Positions 41,032-50,737 are shown, counted from the stretch's first letter. The stretch: DNA of 64,000 nucleotides from Cenarchaeum sp. (GCA_965206845.1 OZ242221.1:1472001-1536000), one strand, 5' to 3'. Numbers and translations: made by a program. The notes: a model not told the origin generated them from the sequence alone.

Positions 41032-41196
41032 TTGGGACTGTTCAAGAAAAAATCTGATCCAAACACCACCAAGTGTGACAAGTGCGGCCTCGAGCTCCAC
41101 GACCCTGACCGATTGAAGCGCCATCTGAAGAAGGCCCATGGAAACGTGCCTGCCAAGAAGATGGATCCAAGCAGCGGCGACGGGGGTCTGTGGTAG
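41032..41196 (+). CDS. 54-aa C2H2 zinc-finger microprotein (not in the ORF track)
   Basis: TTG start; MGLFKKKSDPNTTKCDKCGLELHDPDRLKRHLKKAHG... = C-x2-C-x12-H-x4-H; TTTTATAA ~30 nt upstream. Confidence 0.8.
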   Translation: MGLFKKKSDPNTTKCDKCGLELHDPDRLKRHLKKAHGNVPAKKMDPSSGDGGLW

Positions 41197-41198
41197 CC

Positions 41199-41474
41199 AT
41201 GGAGATGTCCGACGGCAAAAAACACAGCCTGATATTTGGCGGTGCCCTGATCGGCGCGGGCATTGTGCTCTCCACCATCGTGTTTCCATTCTGGAATCTT
41301 ATACGGGAGGATGTCTTTGAGGAGGTGGAGATTCTGAGCAATGAGAACGGTGTCTGCTACGTGGAGGCTGTGGATATGGTTCCAAAGACAATCCAGAACT
41401 GCAAAAGCATGCCCGGCGACGTGGTTACCATCAAGTTCGGCCGCGATCTGCCATGGGCCGAGATCGTAGGCTAG
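41199..41474 (+). CDS. Small membrane-anchored hypothetical protein
   Basis: N-terminal TM, two Cys, OB-like beta C-terminus. Confidence 0.75.
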   Translation: MEMSDGKKHSLIFGGALIGAGIVLSTIVFPFWNLIREDVFEEVEILSNENGVCYVEAVDMVPKTIQNCKSMPGDVVTIKFGRDLPWAEIVG

Positions 41475-41525
41475 CGTGGTTTTGGCCCCGTGCGCATCCT
41501 GGCCTTGGAACTTTAATATCCGAAA

Positions 41526-41831
41526 GTGGCGCTACACATGGATCTTTCTGAGATCAAGGACAGGATAGTGGAGAGAAGAGGTTATGAGGATGCAGCCAAA
41601 AAAGGCACGCAAAAGGGAGTGGAGTTCGAGGATGCGTGTGAGCCATACATACGTTCCACAGCAGAAGCATACTCCTACATGGTGGAATCCATCGGAAGCG
41701 CCGCGGGTGACTTGGGAAGCAGGATCCTGTATGGGAACAGATCCGATGCCGGTGCCCAGCGAACCAAGATCCTCATGAGCATCTACGCCACGTGCGAGCA
41801 GCGCGGCGTGAACTTTTACCAGTTCGTACAG
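41526..41831 (+). pseudogene. Chimeric remnant: unknown gene fragment plus an IS66-like transposase C-terminal fragment
   Basis: GNRSDAGAQRTKILMSIYATCEQRGVNFYQF resembles IS66 TnpC C-termini; cut by the IS at 41832. Confidence 0.5.
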
Positions 41832-41922
41832 AGAACTGATTCGTAATTAGCCCATTCGCCGTAGGCGGCGGCTTGGGGAAGGCAGCAAGATCAAAATATC
41901 GTCCGATCCAGCCTGTCACATG

Positions 41923-42059
41923 GGACTTGATCCGTAATTAAAGATCGAGCCTTTTTCGTCCAACACTTACAGAGATGTGTTTCGAAATAAACAAATTTTG
42001 CGTGATTATGCCGAAGATTGCGCTATTTTATGCCCGGGCGCTAATTACGAATCAAGTCT
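41923..42059. mobile_element. MITE family A, diverged inverted copy (137 bp), TSD ATG
   Basis: Reverse complement aligns along its length with 9637..9774; ATG at 41920-41922 and 42060-42062. Confidence 0.85.
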
Positions 42060-43022
42060 ATGCTATCGTATACCAAGCTGTCAGGAAACGCCAGGCGTTT
42101 CAAGACCCTCATGGGCATGTCCCTCCAAGAATTTGATTTGTTGTTCGCAAAGGTGGAGAAGGCGCATCCTGAGGCGGAGAGGGAGAGGCTCTCCAAGAGG
42201 CCCCGTAGGCGCGCAATCGGGGCCGGGCGCAGGTTCGCGCTCGACCTGCGCAACCGCGTGCTGCTCCTCCTGTTCTACTACAGGACGTATGCCACCCAAG
42301 ACGTGGCGGCCGAGGTCTTCGGGGTGGGCCAGGCCACGGTATCGCGCTCCATCGACCAGATCGCGCCGGTCGTCAGGCAATGCATCCCGATACCAGCCAA
42401 GATCCACGACAGGGCAAAGAGGGCCTCGACCCTTGAGGAGCTTGAGGAGATCCTTCCAGGGCTCCGGTGCCTCATTGACGCCTCGGAGCAGCAGGTGCAG
42501 AGGCCCAAGCGGAAAGACATGGAAAAGACCCACTATTCGGGCAAGGCCGGGAGGCACACGGCCAAGGTACAGTACACCGTGAACACGAACGGCCTGATCA
42601 TCCACAACACGAGGCACTCCCCAGGGCGCGTCCACGACGTCAGGGTGTACAGGATGAAGCACCCGACGTTTCCCTCCGGCCTGCCGTCCCGGGACGGGTC
42701 TGACGGCAAGAAGGGGAGGACAAAGGTGCGGGTCTATACGGACAGGGGCTACCCGGGGGCGCAGAAGATGTACGAAGAGGTGGAAGTGATGGAGCCGATC
42801 AGGCGGAAGCCAGGAAAAAAGCTCTCGGCGCTCGAAAAAGAGTTCAACAGGCTGCACTCAAAGATTCGCGTCTACGTGGAACATGCCATCCGGAGAGTCA
42901 AGACTTGGCGGATAATGGGCGGGGTGTACCGGAACCCGCTGAAGAAGTACGACCGGATCAACGACGTCGTGTGCGGATTGGTAAATCAAAGACTGTTGTG
43001 GCTGGCAGAACAGGCAGCCTGA
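42060..43022 (+). CDS. IS5-family transposase
   Basis: HTH (FGVGQATVSR), IDASEQ, YSGK..HT.K, YTDRGY and FNRLHSKIRVYVEHAI motifs. Confidence 0.92.
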   Translation: MLSYTKLSGNARRFKTLMGMSLQEFDLLFAKVEKAHPEAERERLSKRPRRRAIGAGRRFALDLRNRVLLLLFYYRTYATQDVAAEVFGVGQATVSRSIDQIAPVVRQCIPIPAKIHDRAKRASTLEELEEILPGLRCLIDASEQQVQRPKRKDMEKTHYSGKAGRHTAKVQYTVNTNGLIIHNTRHSPGRVHDVRVYRMKHPTFPSGLPSRDGSDGKKGRTKVRVYTDRGYPGAQKMYEEVEVMEPIRRKPGKKLSALEKEFNRLHSKIRVYVEHAIRRVKTWRIMGGVYRNPLKKYDRINDVVCGLVNQRLLWLAEQAA

Positions 43023-43094
43023 CGGAAACGGGCCTGAAAAGTAGGGTGGGCAGGCTTGAAAAATAATAACGGATCACTTCTCTGACGACAGTCC

Positions 43095-43322
43095 CAGTAA
43101 TCCCAGATGTGCCAGTAAGAGGTTAAGTCGCCACCATTTGACTGAGTGGAGGGTTGGTCCCACTCAGATATTTTTGGCCATTTCATGTAGATTTAGGCAC
43201 AAATGATGACGCGTGCGGCAGAATACGGGGGTTTGACCCATGCCAAATTGAGCTCTTCATGGGCATGATGGGGGTGACCTAAACTCTCACAGGTGTTAGA
43301 TCTGGCACATCTGGGATTACTG
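43095..43322. mobile_element. MITE family C (228 bp), perfect 21-bp TIR, 5-bp TSD AGTCC
   Basis: CAGTAATCCCAGATGTGCCAG ... CTGGCACATCTGGGATTACTG with AGTCC on both sides. Confidence 0.92.
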
Positions 43323-43530
43323 AGTCCTGCCACCACTGCCAGCCACGAAAGGTACCAGAACCACGAGCCCGTCTTGCGCTCGTCCTGCTTGCTGTAGTGC
43401 CAGCGCAGCACTATTCCCGCAAACGACCCGAACAATATCGCCAGGAACGCGTGCAGCAGGCTGGGAAAGCGCAGTTTGTCCATCATGGTGTAATGGCCAG
43501 ACGCGGCATATGGGTGGGATCGTTCCATGA
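43323..43530 (-). pseudogene. Truncated membrane protein gene interrupted by MITE C and the IS5 element
   Basis: Two hydrophobic segments (LLHAFLAILFGSFAGIVL; WFWYLSWLAVVAGL) ending at the MITE. Confidence 0.45.
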
Positions 43531-43784
43531 TATACAGTGAGAGCAGTTTGCAATCACGTCGTCTGCCATTTACACAGAAAGCCTGTTGATTCTGAACCCA
43601 AAATTTGGACAGCGCTGGCAAGGGTGCAATACCAATAAGGTATGTGTTCACGCAGTGCCTAGAAAAATAAGAAATGGTTTCAAAACATGTTAAATCCGTG
43701 CCTAAATCAGAAAATTTTCTCAAACAACGTGAACAGATACTAAAACTTAATTGTGCTAAACTACCAAGATCACACCGGAACGGA

Positions 43785-45008
43785 ATGGTGGTATTGGGTT
43801 CAAGGTCGAAGATAGTGCCGGCAATTGCAGGCGTGAGTGTGCTGGTTGCGTTCTTGGGAGGATACGTACTGTATTTTGGTATCGGGGCCATGCCTGCCGG
43901 CCCGCATGATACAATTCCGCCGGAGATCACGACTGCAAGCAACGGTTTTGCCATAGACTTTTATCGACAGATCTCCGACGACGACGGCAACGTATTCTTC
44001 TCACCCCTCAGCGTGTATGTGGCATTATCCATAGTAGGCGAGGGTGCAAGGGGAGAGACGGCCAGCCAGATACAGGGCGCATTCGATTTTGAGCCTGACG
44101 CTGAGCTGCGCCACCGCCAGACCGCCGGACTGATGTCGTCGCTGAACTGGCCGGATCCGCATGCTACGCTAACGATGGCAAACTCACTGTGGCTGGCCGA
44201 GTGGTTTGAACCGTACGACTCGTACGTAGGCATCATCCAAGACACCTATCAGGCCGACATTGGCCGCGTCGACTTTTTGGGCGACGGGGTTGGCCTGATA
44301 AACGAGTGGGCGGCCGAAAAAACCCAAGGCAAGATACAGGATGTGCTCAAGAGGGGTGCGGTGGACGAACTGACGGCGGCCGTGGTACTGAATGCCATAT
44401 ACTTCAAGGGCACGTGGGCGGAGCAGTTCCCGATAGGAGACACTCACGAGTCGGACTTTTGGACCGGCACGGCTGAGGTCAAGGCGGATTTTATGAGCGT
44501 AAGAAAACGGTTTGACTATACGCAGTCCGACGAGGTGCAGATACTCAAGATGCCCTACAGGGGCGACAGATTGTCCATGCTGGTGATGCTGCCACAGGAC
44601 AAGGATGGGATAAGCCTCCTAGAGAAGACTGTCACGCCAGAGCAGATAGGACAATGGAGGCAGAGTCTGCATGATACCGATCTTTTCGTTGTAATGCCAA
44701 AGTTCGAGGTAAGAACCCACTACGAACTGACACCGCATCTTGAGAGCCTCGGAGTGACGCACCTCTTTGACAGGCATGCGGCGGATCTATCGGGGATGGC
44801 CGACCTTGAGAGAAACCTGTACGTGGACCAGGTCACGCAGGACGCATACATCAAGGTAAACGAGGAAGGAACAGAGGCTGCGGCCGTAACGACAGCGAGG
44901 CTTCAATCGCGGCCGCAGTTCGTGGCGGATCATCCCTTCATGTTTCTGATCCAGGATGATAAGAGCGGCGCCATACTGTTCATGGGGCGCGTGTCGGATC
45001 CCTCTTGA
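43785..45008 (+). CDS. Serpin (serine protease inhibitor family), N-terminal membrane anchor/signal
   Basis: NVFFSPLS, INEWAAEKTQGKI, NAIYFKGTW, PKFE, NEEGTEAAA and FVADHPFMFLI..ILFMGRV motifs. Confidence 0.96.
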   Translation: MVVLGSRSKIVPAIAGVSVLVAFLGGYVLYFGIGAMPAGPHDTIPPEITTASNGFAIDFYRQISDDDGNVFFSPLSVYVALSIVGEGARGETASQIQGAFDFEPDAELRHRQTAGLMSSLNWPDPHATLTMANSLWLAEWFEPYDSYVGIIQDTYQADIGRVDFLGDGVGLINEWAAEKTQGKIQDVLKRGAVDELTAAVVLNAIYFKGTWAEQFPIGDTHESDFWTGTAEVKADFMSVRKRFDYTQSDEVQILKMPYRGDRLSMLVMLPQDKDGISLLEKTVTPEQIGQWRQSLHDTDLFVVMPKFEVRTHYELTPHLESLGVTHLFDRHAADLSGMADLERNLYVDQVTQDAYIKVNEEGTEAAAVTTARLQSRPQFVADHPFMFLIQDDKSGAILFMGRVSDPS

Positions 45009-45138
45009 GTGAATATGGTGAAGCTTATCCGCGTGTTAATTTGTCCGTATCCTACCCAACAACAGGGTTGTACAGACTAAATCCGTAGGCAGTATGGGTC
45101 TAGAGAGATTCATATTCTGATGCGGCGTCTCTCCATAC

Positions 45139-45546
45139 ATGGACTGCGTGTTCTGCAGAATCGTGGACGGCCAGATACCGTGCAAGAAGATCGCCGAGAC
45201 GCCTGACACCCTGTCCATTTTGGATGCGTTTCCGCTGACCCTGGGACATGTACTGGTCGTTCCCAAGAGGCACTATGAGAAGATCCAGGATATTCCGATG
45301 GAGGAGAACGCGGATCTCTTCGAGTCTGTAAGGCAGGCATCTGCCCGTGTAGACCAGCTGACTGGCGCGACGCTTCTTGCAGTGCACAACGGCAAGGGGA
45401 GCGGCCAAGAGGTACCGCATGTGCATGTGCATCTGGTGCCGCGCAGCGCCGCGGACGGAGCGGGTGCCATACACAGCATGTTTGCCCCAATGGAAAAACC
45501 CTCTGACGCGCAGATGGGTGCGGTCTGCCGGAGGCTACGGCACTAG
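45139..45546 (+). CDS. HIT family hydrolase
   Basis: CVFCRI, GHVLVVPK and GQEVPHVHVHLVPR motifs. Confidence 0.95.
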   Translation: MDCVFCRIVDGQIPCKKIAETPDTLSILDAFPLTLGHVLVVPKRHYEKIQDIPMEENADLFESVRQASARVDQLTGATLLAVHNGKGSGQEVPHVHVHLVPRSAADGAGAIHSMFAPMEKPSDAQMGAVCRRLRH

Positions 45547-46190
45547 AACGGGTATATCCTCTCGTTCGTGTCCCGGTTCTCCACGATTATGGCCTTTGTC
45601 GGGCATGTCTCTGCGGCACTCACTATCCTGTTGTATTTTGCCCCCTTTTCGTTGATTACCTTGGATTTGGGGTTCATCTTGGACATCTTGTCCACCTCAA
45701 AGACCTCGGGCGCAATGGTCTCGCAGCTGCAGCACCCTATGCACAGGGTGGGATCAACCTCGACTGACAGATCCGGCTGGTGCTTCGGTTCACGTGTCTT
45801 CTCAAAGTCATCCCGCCGGGAGCCTCCCTTCATGGCGGTGTCATACTCCTCCCAGAACTTCTTCTCGTACTCTGCCCAGAATCCGGGGTTCCCCTCCTCA
45901 AACTCTCTGGTAAACCTGCCCCAGTCCTCCTCTGGACTCTTTGGCCCCGGGGGGGCACCCCACTTGGTTCTTGGGCCTGCCTCTCTCTTTGTGTCTGCGC
46001 TCTTCCTGCCGTCTTTCTGCTTCTTCAGAAGGTGATACGCCTCAGTGGCCCTCTTGAACTTGAGATCGTCTCCGACCCCGCTCTTGTCCGGGTGGGATTC
46101 CAGGGCCATCTTCCTGTATGCGCTCTTGATCTCGTTCTGGGTAGCCGACGCGTCCAGCTCAAGGGCCTCATAGGCCTGGTGTGCATTCAA
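45543..46190 (-). CDS. DnaJ-domain + ferredoxin fusion (DnaJ-Fer)
   Basis: J-domain HPD motif; CIGCCSCETIAP...AETCP. Confidence 0.93.
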   Translation of the reverse strand: MNAHQAYEALELDASATQNEIKSAYRKMALESHPDKSGVGDDLKFKRATEAYHLLKKQKDGRKSADTKREAGPRTKWGAPPGPKSPEEDWGRFTREFEEGNPGFWAEYEKKFWEEYDTAMKGGSRRDDFEKTREPKHQPDLSVEVDPTLCIGCCSCETIAPEVFEVDKMSKMNPKSKVINEKGAKYNRIVSAAETCPTKAIIVENRDTNERIYPF

Positions 46191-46380
46191 TCAAGCATTG
46201 TACTATGTCGTACGTTAAAAACGATTCTTTGCGCGGCGGCGCACAACGCCACGCCGGTTCGGGATGGGGTCTTCTCAGGTATGTGCCGGTGTCCAAACGA
46301 ATGGGGGGGGGGTGCAACCGCGCGTCGGGTGTGCGCAATACTCGGATCTTGATCTCTACGCACAAGCGTGCGTGGAATCG

Positions 46381-46863
46381 TCAGTCCAGTCTGAACTTTG
46401 GGGGATGTTCTGTCTTGTGGGCCTTGACCACGACGACTCCGCCCCACTTGGCAAAGATTCTCTGGCGGTTCCCCTTGGCAAAGACCATGCCGAGGATCAC
46501 GTCTATTACAAGTAGAAACGACTTGCCTGCATTGCTGAGCAGCAGGCCGTATATGGTGGGCTTTTCGCCGTCGATGCCCATTACGCGCAGGCTTAGAACC
46601 CGCCTGCCCACCGTGGTTCCAGTGATGTACTCCATGCCGGTCAGATACGCCATGGATACCAAGCCGGGCAGAAATACCGTCAGGAAGATGTCGTCTTCGA
46701 GCTGGGGGATCTCATCCCCGATCATGTTGATCCCGCCATTTGACAGCGCTGCCGCGCCGATGACCGTTCCGATTACAGAGATGATTATCACATCGATCAG
46801 AAACGCCACAAAGCGCTCGCTCCAGCGTGCAACTGAGGGAGTCTCAATGTCTGCCATACTCAT
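46381..46863 (-). CDS. RDD family membrane protein
   Basis: RFVAFLID and GTTVGRRVLSLRV motifs. Confidence 0.88.
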   Translation of the reverse strand: MSMADIETPSVARWSERFVAFLIDVIIISVIGTVIGAAALSNGGINMIGDEIPQLEDDIFLTVFLPGLVSMAYLTGMEYITGTTVGRRVLSLRVMGIDGEKPTIYGLLLSNAGKSFLLVIDVILGMVFAKGNRQRIFAKWGGVVVVKAHKTEHPPKFRLD

Positions 46864-47128
46864 ATCTTCTCTGATCTGATATTTAATCGTGTCATTCGCC
46901 TGGTTGTACGATTCTGCCCTTCTGTCCGAACCGCACCGAACCATGCGTGTGGCAGATCCAAGAATGACTCGCGCCCCCCTGCAAGTGTGGTTGCATGCGC
47001 CGTGGCTCCATTGGAGCGCAGGCCATCCGGAGGTCAGCCTGGCTCTTGGACACTGCGCCTGTCGTTCGGCCGACGACATCAGAAGGGCCTGCGTCTGCAA
47101 CCAATGTGGCCAGACGTCGGATGCATCT

Positions 47129-47575
47129 TCAGATCTTCTGTGACACCCGGGACTTGAAGTCCGACTCGTACCAGTCGGTGGTGTAGCTGTCGCCGGACAG
47201 GTTGTTTATGGCAATGTGCGTAAACTCCTCGCCGTCGTCGGTGGAGCCGTGGGTGTGCAGCGTGTCGGCAGGAATAAACACCACATCGCCAGGCACGAGG
47301 CTGACTGTCTTGGCCTTTGCGATCCCAAAGTCTGCGGCCCCCTCACCCAGGCGCCGGAACAGCGCCAGGCTTCCCTTCCCGGATGTGGCAATCAAGACCT
47401 GGGAGCCGTTGTGCTGGTGGATCTTTGTCCTGGCTCCGCCTTTAAAGTGGACGTGGTATATGTGATCCGTAGAGCCGATCTTGGCAGAGACATCCTTCAT
47501 CCATACCTTGCCTGTAAACCAGTCGGGATTTACCTCCCTCCGGTCTTCGCGCCCGTGTATGTTTGACTTTGCCAT
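47129..47575 (-). CDS. Cupin-domain protein
   Basis: F.GGARTKIHQH..QVL and PGDVVFIP...HTHG motifs. Confidence 0.88.
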   Translation of the reverse strand: MAKSNIHGREDRREVNPDWFTGKVWMKDVSAKIGSTDHIYHVHFKGGARTKIHQHNGSQVLIATSGKGSLALFRRLGEGAADFGIAKAKTVSLVPGDVVFIPADTLHTHGSTDDGEEFTHIAINNLSGDSYTTDWYESDFKSRVSQKI

Positions 47576-47576
47576 C

Positions 47577-47909
47577 TCAGATCCTAGACAGAATCTTCCT
47601 CTTCTGCTCAAGGAACTCCTGTTCGGTGAGCACCCCAGAGTCCTTCAGCCGGGCCAGCTGCTCTAGCATCTTCAGATCCTGCTCTGCCGAGTTCGTCGCC
47701 CCCTTGGCAATGGCAATCCCCCTATCCACCGTCTTCTGGCCCTGCTCCTGCAGCCTCCGGGCCTCCTTGCTTACACGCTCGGTAATATCCTTGCTGGTGC
47801 TCTCGGCCTCGCCGGCTGCTATCTTGCCAACCGCTACCGCATCACCGATGGCCTGATCTGCCTTTCTTGCCATCTTTTCAACCACTCCGATCTTCCTTGA
47901 TTTACCCAA
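47577..47909 (-). CDS. SHOCT-domain protein
   Basis: LEQLARLKDSGVLTEQEFLEQKRKIL; TTG start at 47909. Confidence 0.85.
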   Translation of the reverse strand: MGKSRKIGVVEKMARKADQAIGDAVAVGKIAAGEAESTSKDITERVSKEARRLQEQGQKTVDRGIAIAKGATNSAEQDLKMLEQLARLKDSGVLTEQEFLEQKRKILSRI

Positions 47910-47955
47910 TGCACCTATACCTGCTTGTTTGGTATATTTCTCTTGTGCCTGGGCA

Positions 47956-48084
47956 ACTTTGTTTCCCAATTTCGATAAACGCACCTGAGTTGCCACAAAG
48001 AACACGGTTCTCGTGTGACTTGACACTGTTTACGGATTGAAATTAATCGTAAAAGTGCGAAATGTTTGGATTGGGAAACAAAGT
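47956..48084. mobile_element. MITE family D (129 bp), ~10-bp TSD TGC(C/T)TGGGCA
   Basis: TIRs ACTTTGTTTCCCAAT / ATTGGGAAACAAAGT; second copy at 63497..63624. Confidence 0.85.
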
Positions 48085-48137
48085 TGCTTGGGCATATTAC
48101 ATGAACGTGGCGTGGCTCCACGGCAAGCTCCGCGGGA

Positions 48138-48959
48138 TCACATCTTTACCAGCTTTCTGAACCACCGCTCGCTGTGAAACACCTGGAACACCTTCTCCTC
48201 CCGCGCCCAGACGCGAATCACCTTGGGGCTGCCAGATACCGCCTTGGTTAGAAGCTCCATGGCCTGGCTATACTGGCCAAGGGCCGCCTTGCTTCGCGCC
48301 TTGGCGTATATCACGTTTATGTTGTCCTTGTTCTTTGCAAGTATGGTGTCAAAGACATCCAGCGCCTTCTGGTGCCTGTCAAGCTCGGTGAGCTCCATCC
48401 CCTTGTGGAATAGTGCATCCTGGCGGCGGGGATACTTTCTGCAGATGTCCACGAATACGTTGAGCGCCTCCTCGTGCCTCTTCAGCTTCGAGAGCACTAT
48501 GCCCCTGTAGAAGCGGGCACTCGGCTTTCCGGGATCCAGGGCGATGGACCTCTCTAGCAGCCCCAGCGCGTTCTGGTCGTCGTGCATCCTGGCAAGCAGC
48601 ACACCCTTGTTGAACCAGGCGGCAGCATACTTGGGATCCGCCTCTATTGCCCGGTCATAGCACTCGTATGCGTCCTGGATGTTTCCCATCTCTGCAAGTG
48701 CGATGGCCTTGTTGTTGTACGACGGCGCGTCGCCGGGGTCATCCTCTAGAATTCTATCAAAGCAGGTCACGGCATCGGTATACTTGCGAAGCTGGTTCAG
48801 CGACAGGCCCTTGTTGTACAGCGCCTCCCTGTGGTACGGCTCATCCTTTAGAATCCTGTTTAGCAGGGCAACTGTCCCCTTGTGCTGGTCGATTCTTGTA
48901 AGATCCAGTGCGCGTCTCATCAGATCCCCGTGATCCTGTTTTGAGCCAAACAGTCCCAT
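48138..48959 (-). CDS. TPR protein (ordinary, diverged repeats)
   Basis: ALYNKG, SYNNKA and AWFNKG TPR motifs. Confidence 0.9.
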   Translation of the reverse strand: MGLFGSKQDHGDLMRRALDLTRIDQHKGTVALLNRILKDEPYHREALYNKGLSLNQLRKYTDAVTCFDRILEDDPGDAPSYNNKAIALAEMGNIQDAYECYDRAIEADPKYAAAWFNKGVLLARMHDDQNALGLLERSIALDPGKPSARFYRGIVLSKLKRHEEALNVFVDICRKYPRRQDALFHKGMELTELDRHQKALDVFDTILAKNKDNINVIYAKARSKAALGQYSQAMELLTKAVSGSPKVIRVWAREEKVFQVFHSERWFRKLVKM

Positions 48960-49155
48960 GACATGCGATACGCACAGCCATTCTATTGAACTTTTATTTC
49001 AGCGACTTGAACTTCTTTGCCGCTTCTAGGGCAAACTTCTCAAGCTCCCTCTGGGAGACCTGCGTGGGATCGTCACTTGCCGTGGCCCTGGCGTGCTCGT
49101 CTGGCGAGCTCCGTGGCATCTTCTTCTCTGGCACAACACCGGTTGGACTCTGGCG

Positions 49156-50481
49156 CTAAAAAGCGTTGCCCGTACGATGCTGCGGCATCTCCTGCGCAAA
49201 CTTTTGCGACGCTTGCACGAGCGCGTCGGCATCTGCTGCTGTATGCGCCGTGGAGAGCGCGCCCATCTTTCCTGGGAGGAGGAATATGCCGTCTACTGCG
49301 ATCATCTTAAAATGGTACCTACGGAGAAGCGCCATGTCGGACTTTGACGCATCGGCTGCCTCTGCAATGCGGTGGCCGTCCCTGCCAAAGTGCACCATGA
49401 ACAGGGAGCCGGCTCCGGTGACTGCCGCCCTTCCATCAAATGCGCGGTGCAGGCCTCTTCTGACCATCTCGCCAAGACTCCCCATCTTCGAGTACGCGGC
49501 GCCGGACCTCAGATCCCGGAGCGTTTCGTACCCTGCCGTCATCGATACCGGGCTTGCCGAGAAGGTACCGCCTCCAACATATGCCCTCTGCGATCCCTTC
49601 TCGGGCATGCCTGCAAGCCTCATTATGTGATCTTTTCCGCAAAAGGCGCCGACCGCAAGCCCTCCGCCGATTATCTTTCCCAGCGTTATGATGTCGGGAT
49701 CAAGGCCCATGGTCTCGTACAGGCACCCAAACCGCAGCCGGAACCCCGTAACTATCTCATCAAGCATGAACAGCGCGCCGGCACTATGGGCAAACTCCTG
49801 AATCCCCCGCAGGTAGTCCGTGTCTGCGGGCGTGCATCTGTTTCCCAGCAGTGGCTCGATGATCACACCGGCTAGATCATCCCTGTGGCGTGCCAGTATC
49901 TCAAGCGAGCCGGCCAGGTCATTATATGGTATCGACACTACCGCGTCCTCCCCTACAAGCCCACCGCTCTCGGCTGCATCAAACGGCCAGTTTACCGCCT
50001 TGAGCAGATCCGATCCGTACCCGTGCCACCCACCGTCGATCTTTGCAATCACCTTCCTTTTTGTGTACGCCCGCGCAAGGCGGACTGCATACGCAGTTGC
50101 CTCAGTACCCGATGCGGTGTATCGGATCTTCTCAGCAGCGGGAACTGCTCCGGATATCGTGTCAGAGAGCTTTAACGTCTGCTCGTTTACCGTGCCATGC
50201 ATCCAACCGTCGCGCACCTGGCTCTCCAGTGCGCGACTGACGCTTGCGGGGGCATGCCCAAGGATCAGGCTCCAGTGCCCCATCCAATAGTCCGCGTATC
50301 TGTTGCCGTCCACATCCTCCAGACTTTTCCCATAGGCCCTCCTGCTCACAAAGGGGTATGGCTCGAAGAAGCGGATGTTGTGGCTTATGCCGCCCGCGTG
50401 CAGCTCCGCGGATCTTGCAAAGAGCCTGGCAGACTCGGGTGTCTTGCTTTTGTACTGCGCGGTGTAATCCATCAACTCCAT
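49156..50481 (-). CDS. hemL: Glutamate-1-semialdehyde aminomutase-like class III aminotransferase
   Basis: [31 protein letters not shown] and GGTFS motifs. Confidence 0.8.
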   Translation of the reverse strand: MELMDYTAQYKSKTPESARLFARSAELHAGGISHNIRFFEPYPFVSRRAYGKSLEDVDGNRYADYWMGHWSLILGHAPASVSRALESQVRDGWMHGTVNEQTLKLSDTISGAVPAAEKIRYTASGTEATAYAVRLARAYTKRKVIAKIDGGWHGYGSDLLKAVNWPFDAAESGGLVGEDAVVSIPYNDLAGSLEILARHRDDLAGVIIEPLLGNRCTPADTDYLRGIQEFAHSAGALFMLDEIVTGFRLRFGCLYETMGLDPDIITLGKIIGGGLAVGAFCGKDHIMRLAGMPEKGSQRAYVGGGTFSASPVSMTAGYETLRDLRSGAAYSKMGSLGEMVRRGLHRAFDGRAAVTGAGSLFMVHFGRDGHRIAEAADASKSDMALLRRYHFKMIAVDGIFLLPGKMGALSTAHTAADADALVQASQKFAQEMPQHRTGNAF

Positions 50482-50737
50482 GTAGCGGCTCGTGCCACAA
50501 TTTTAATTAAAACGCGCCTCTGGAAATATGGGTCCTGCTGCGAGCCGAATGTGAAAGTTCCTCTGTAGCGTGCGTGTCCAAAATTAGGGAAGTGCTGATC
50601 CCCTACTTTGGTTACGGCGCTCTCCGATCAGACGCGCGTGCTCGTATGCTGCGTGCGGCGCACTGCCGCCACGCATCAGATCGCCATATCTGCGATCAGG
50701 AGGGCCGCATGCCCGGTGCTATAAATTTCACGTATGG

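Larger units (their letters stand above)
41832..43081 (+). mobile_element. IS5-family (DDE_Tnp_4 type) insertion sequence carrying a nested MITE
   Basis: TIRs AGAACTGATTCGTAATTA / TAATAACGGATCACTTCT; flanks CAG and CTG do not match. Confidence 0.85.

Noticed and set aside
45011-45117. GAATATG...CATATTC possible MITE after the serpin
   Set aside because: Only 7-bp inverted ends, no TSD and no second copy in the window.
45543-46190. DnaJ-ferredoxin fusion as a novelty
   Set aside because: Already a described thaumarchaeal/plant protein family.
46303-46312. Intergenic G10 run as a phase-variation switch
   Set aside because: It lies ~90 bp from the nearest TATA-like box and outside any credible ORF; no supporting evidence.
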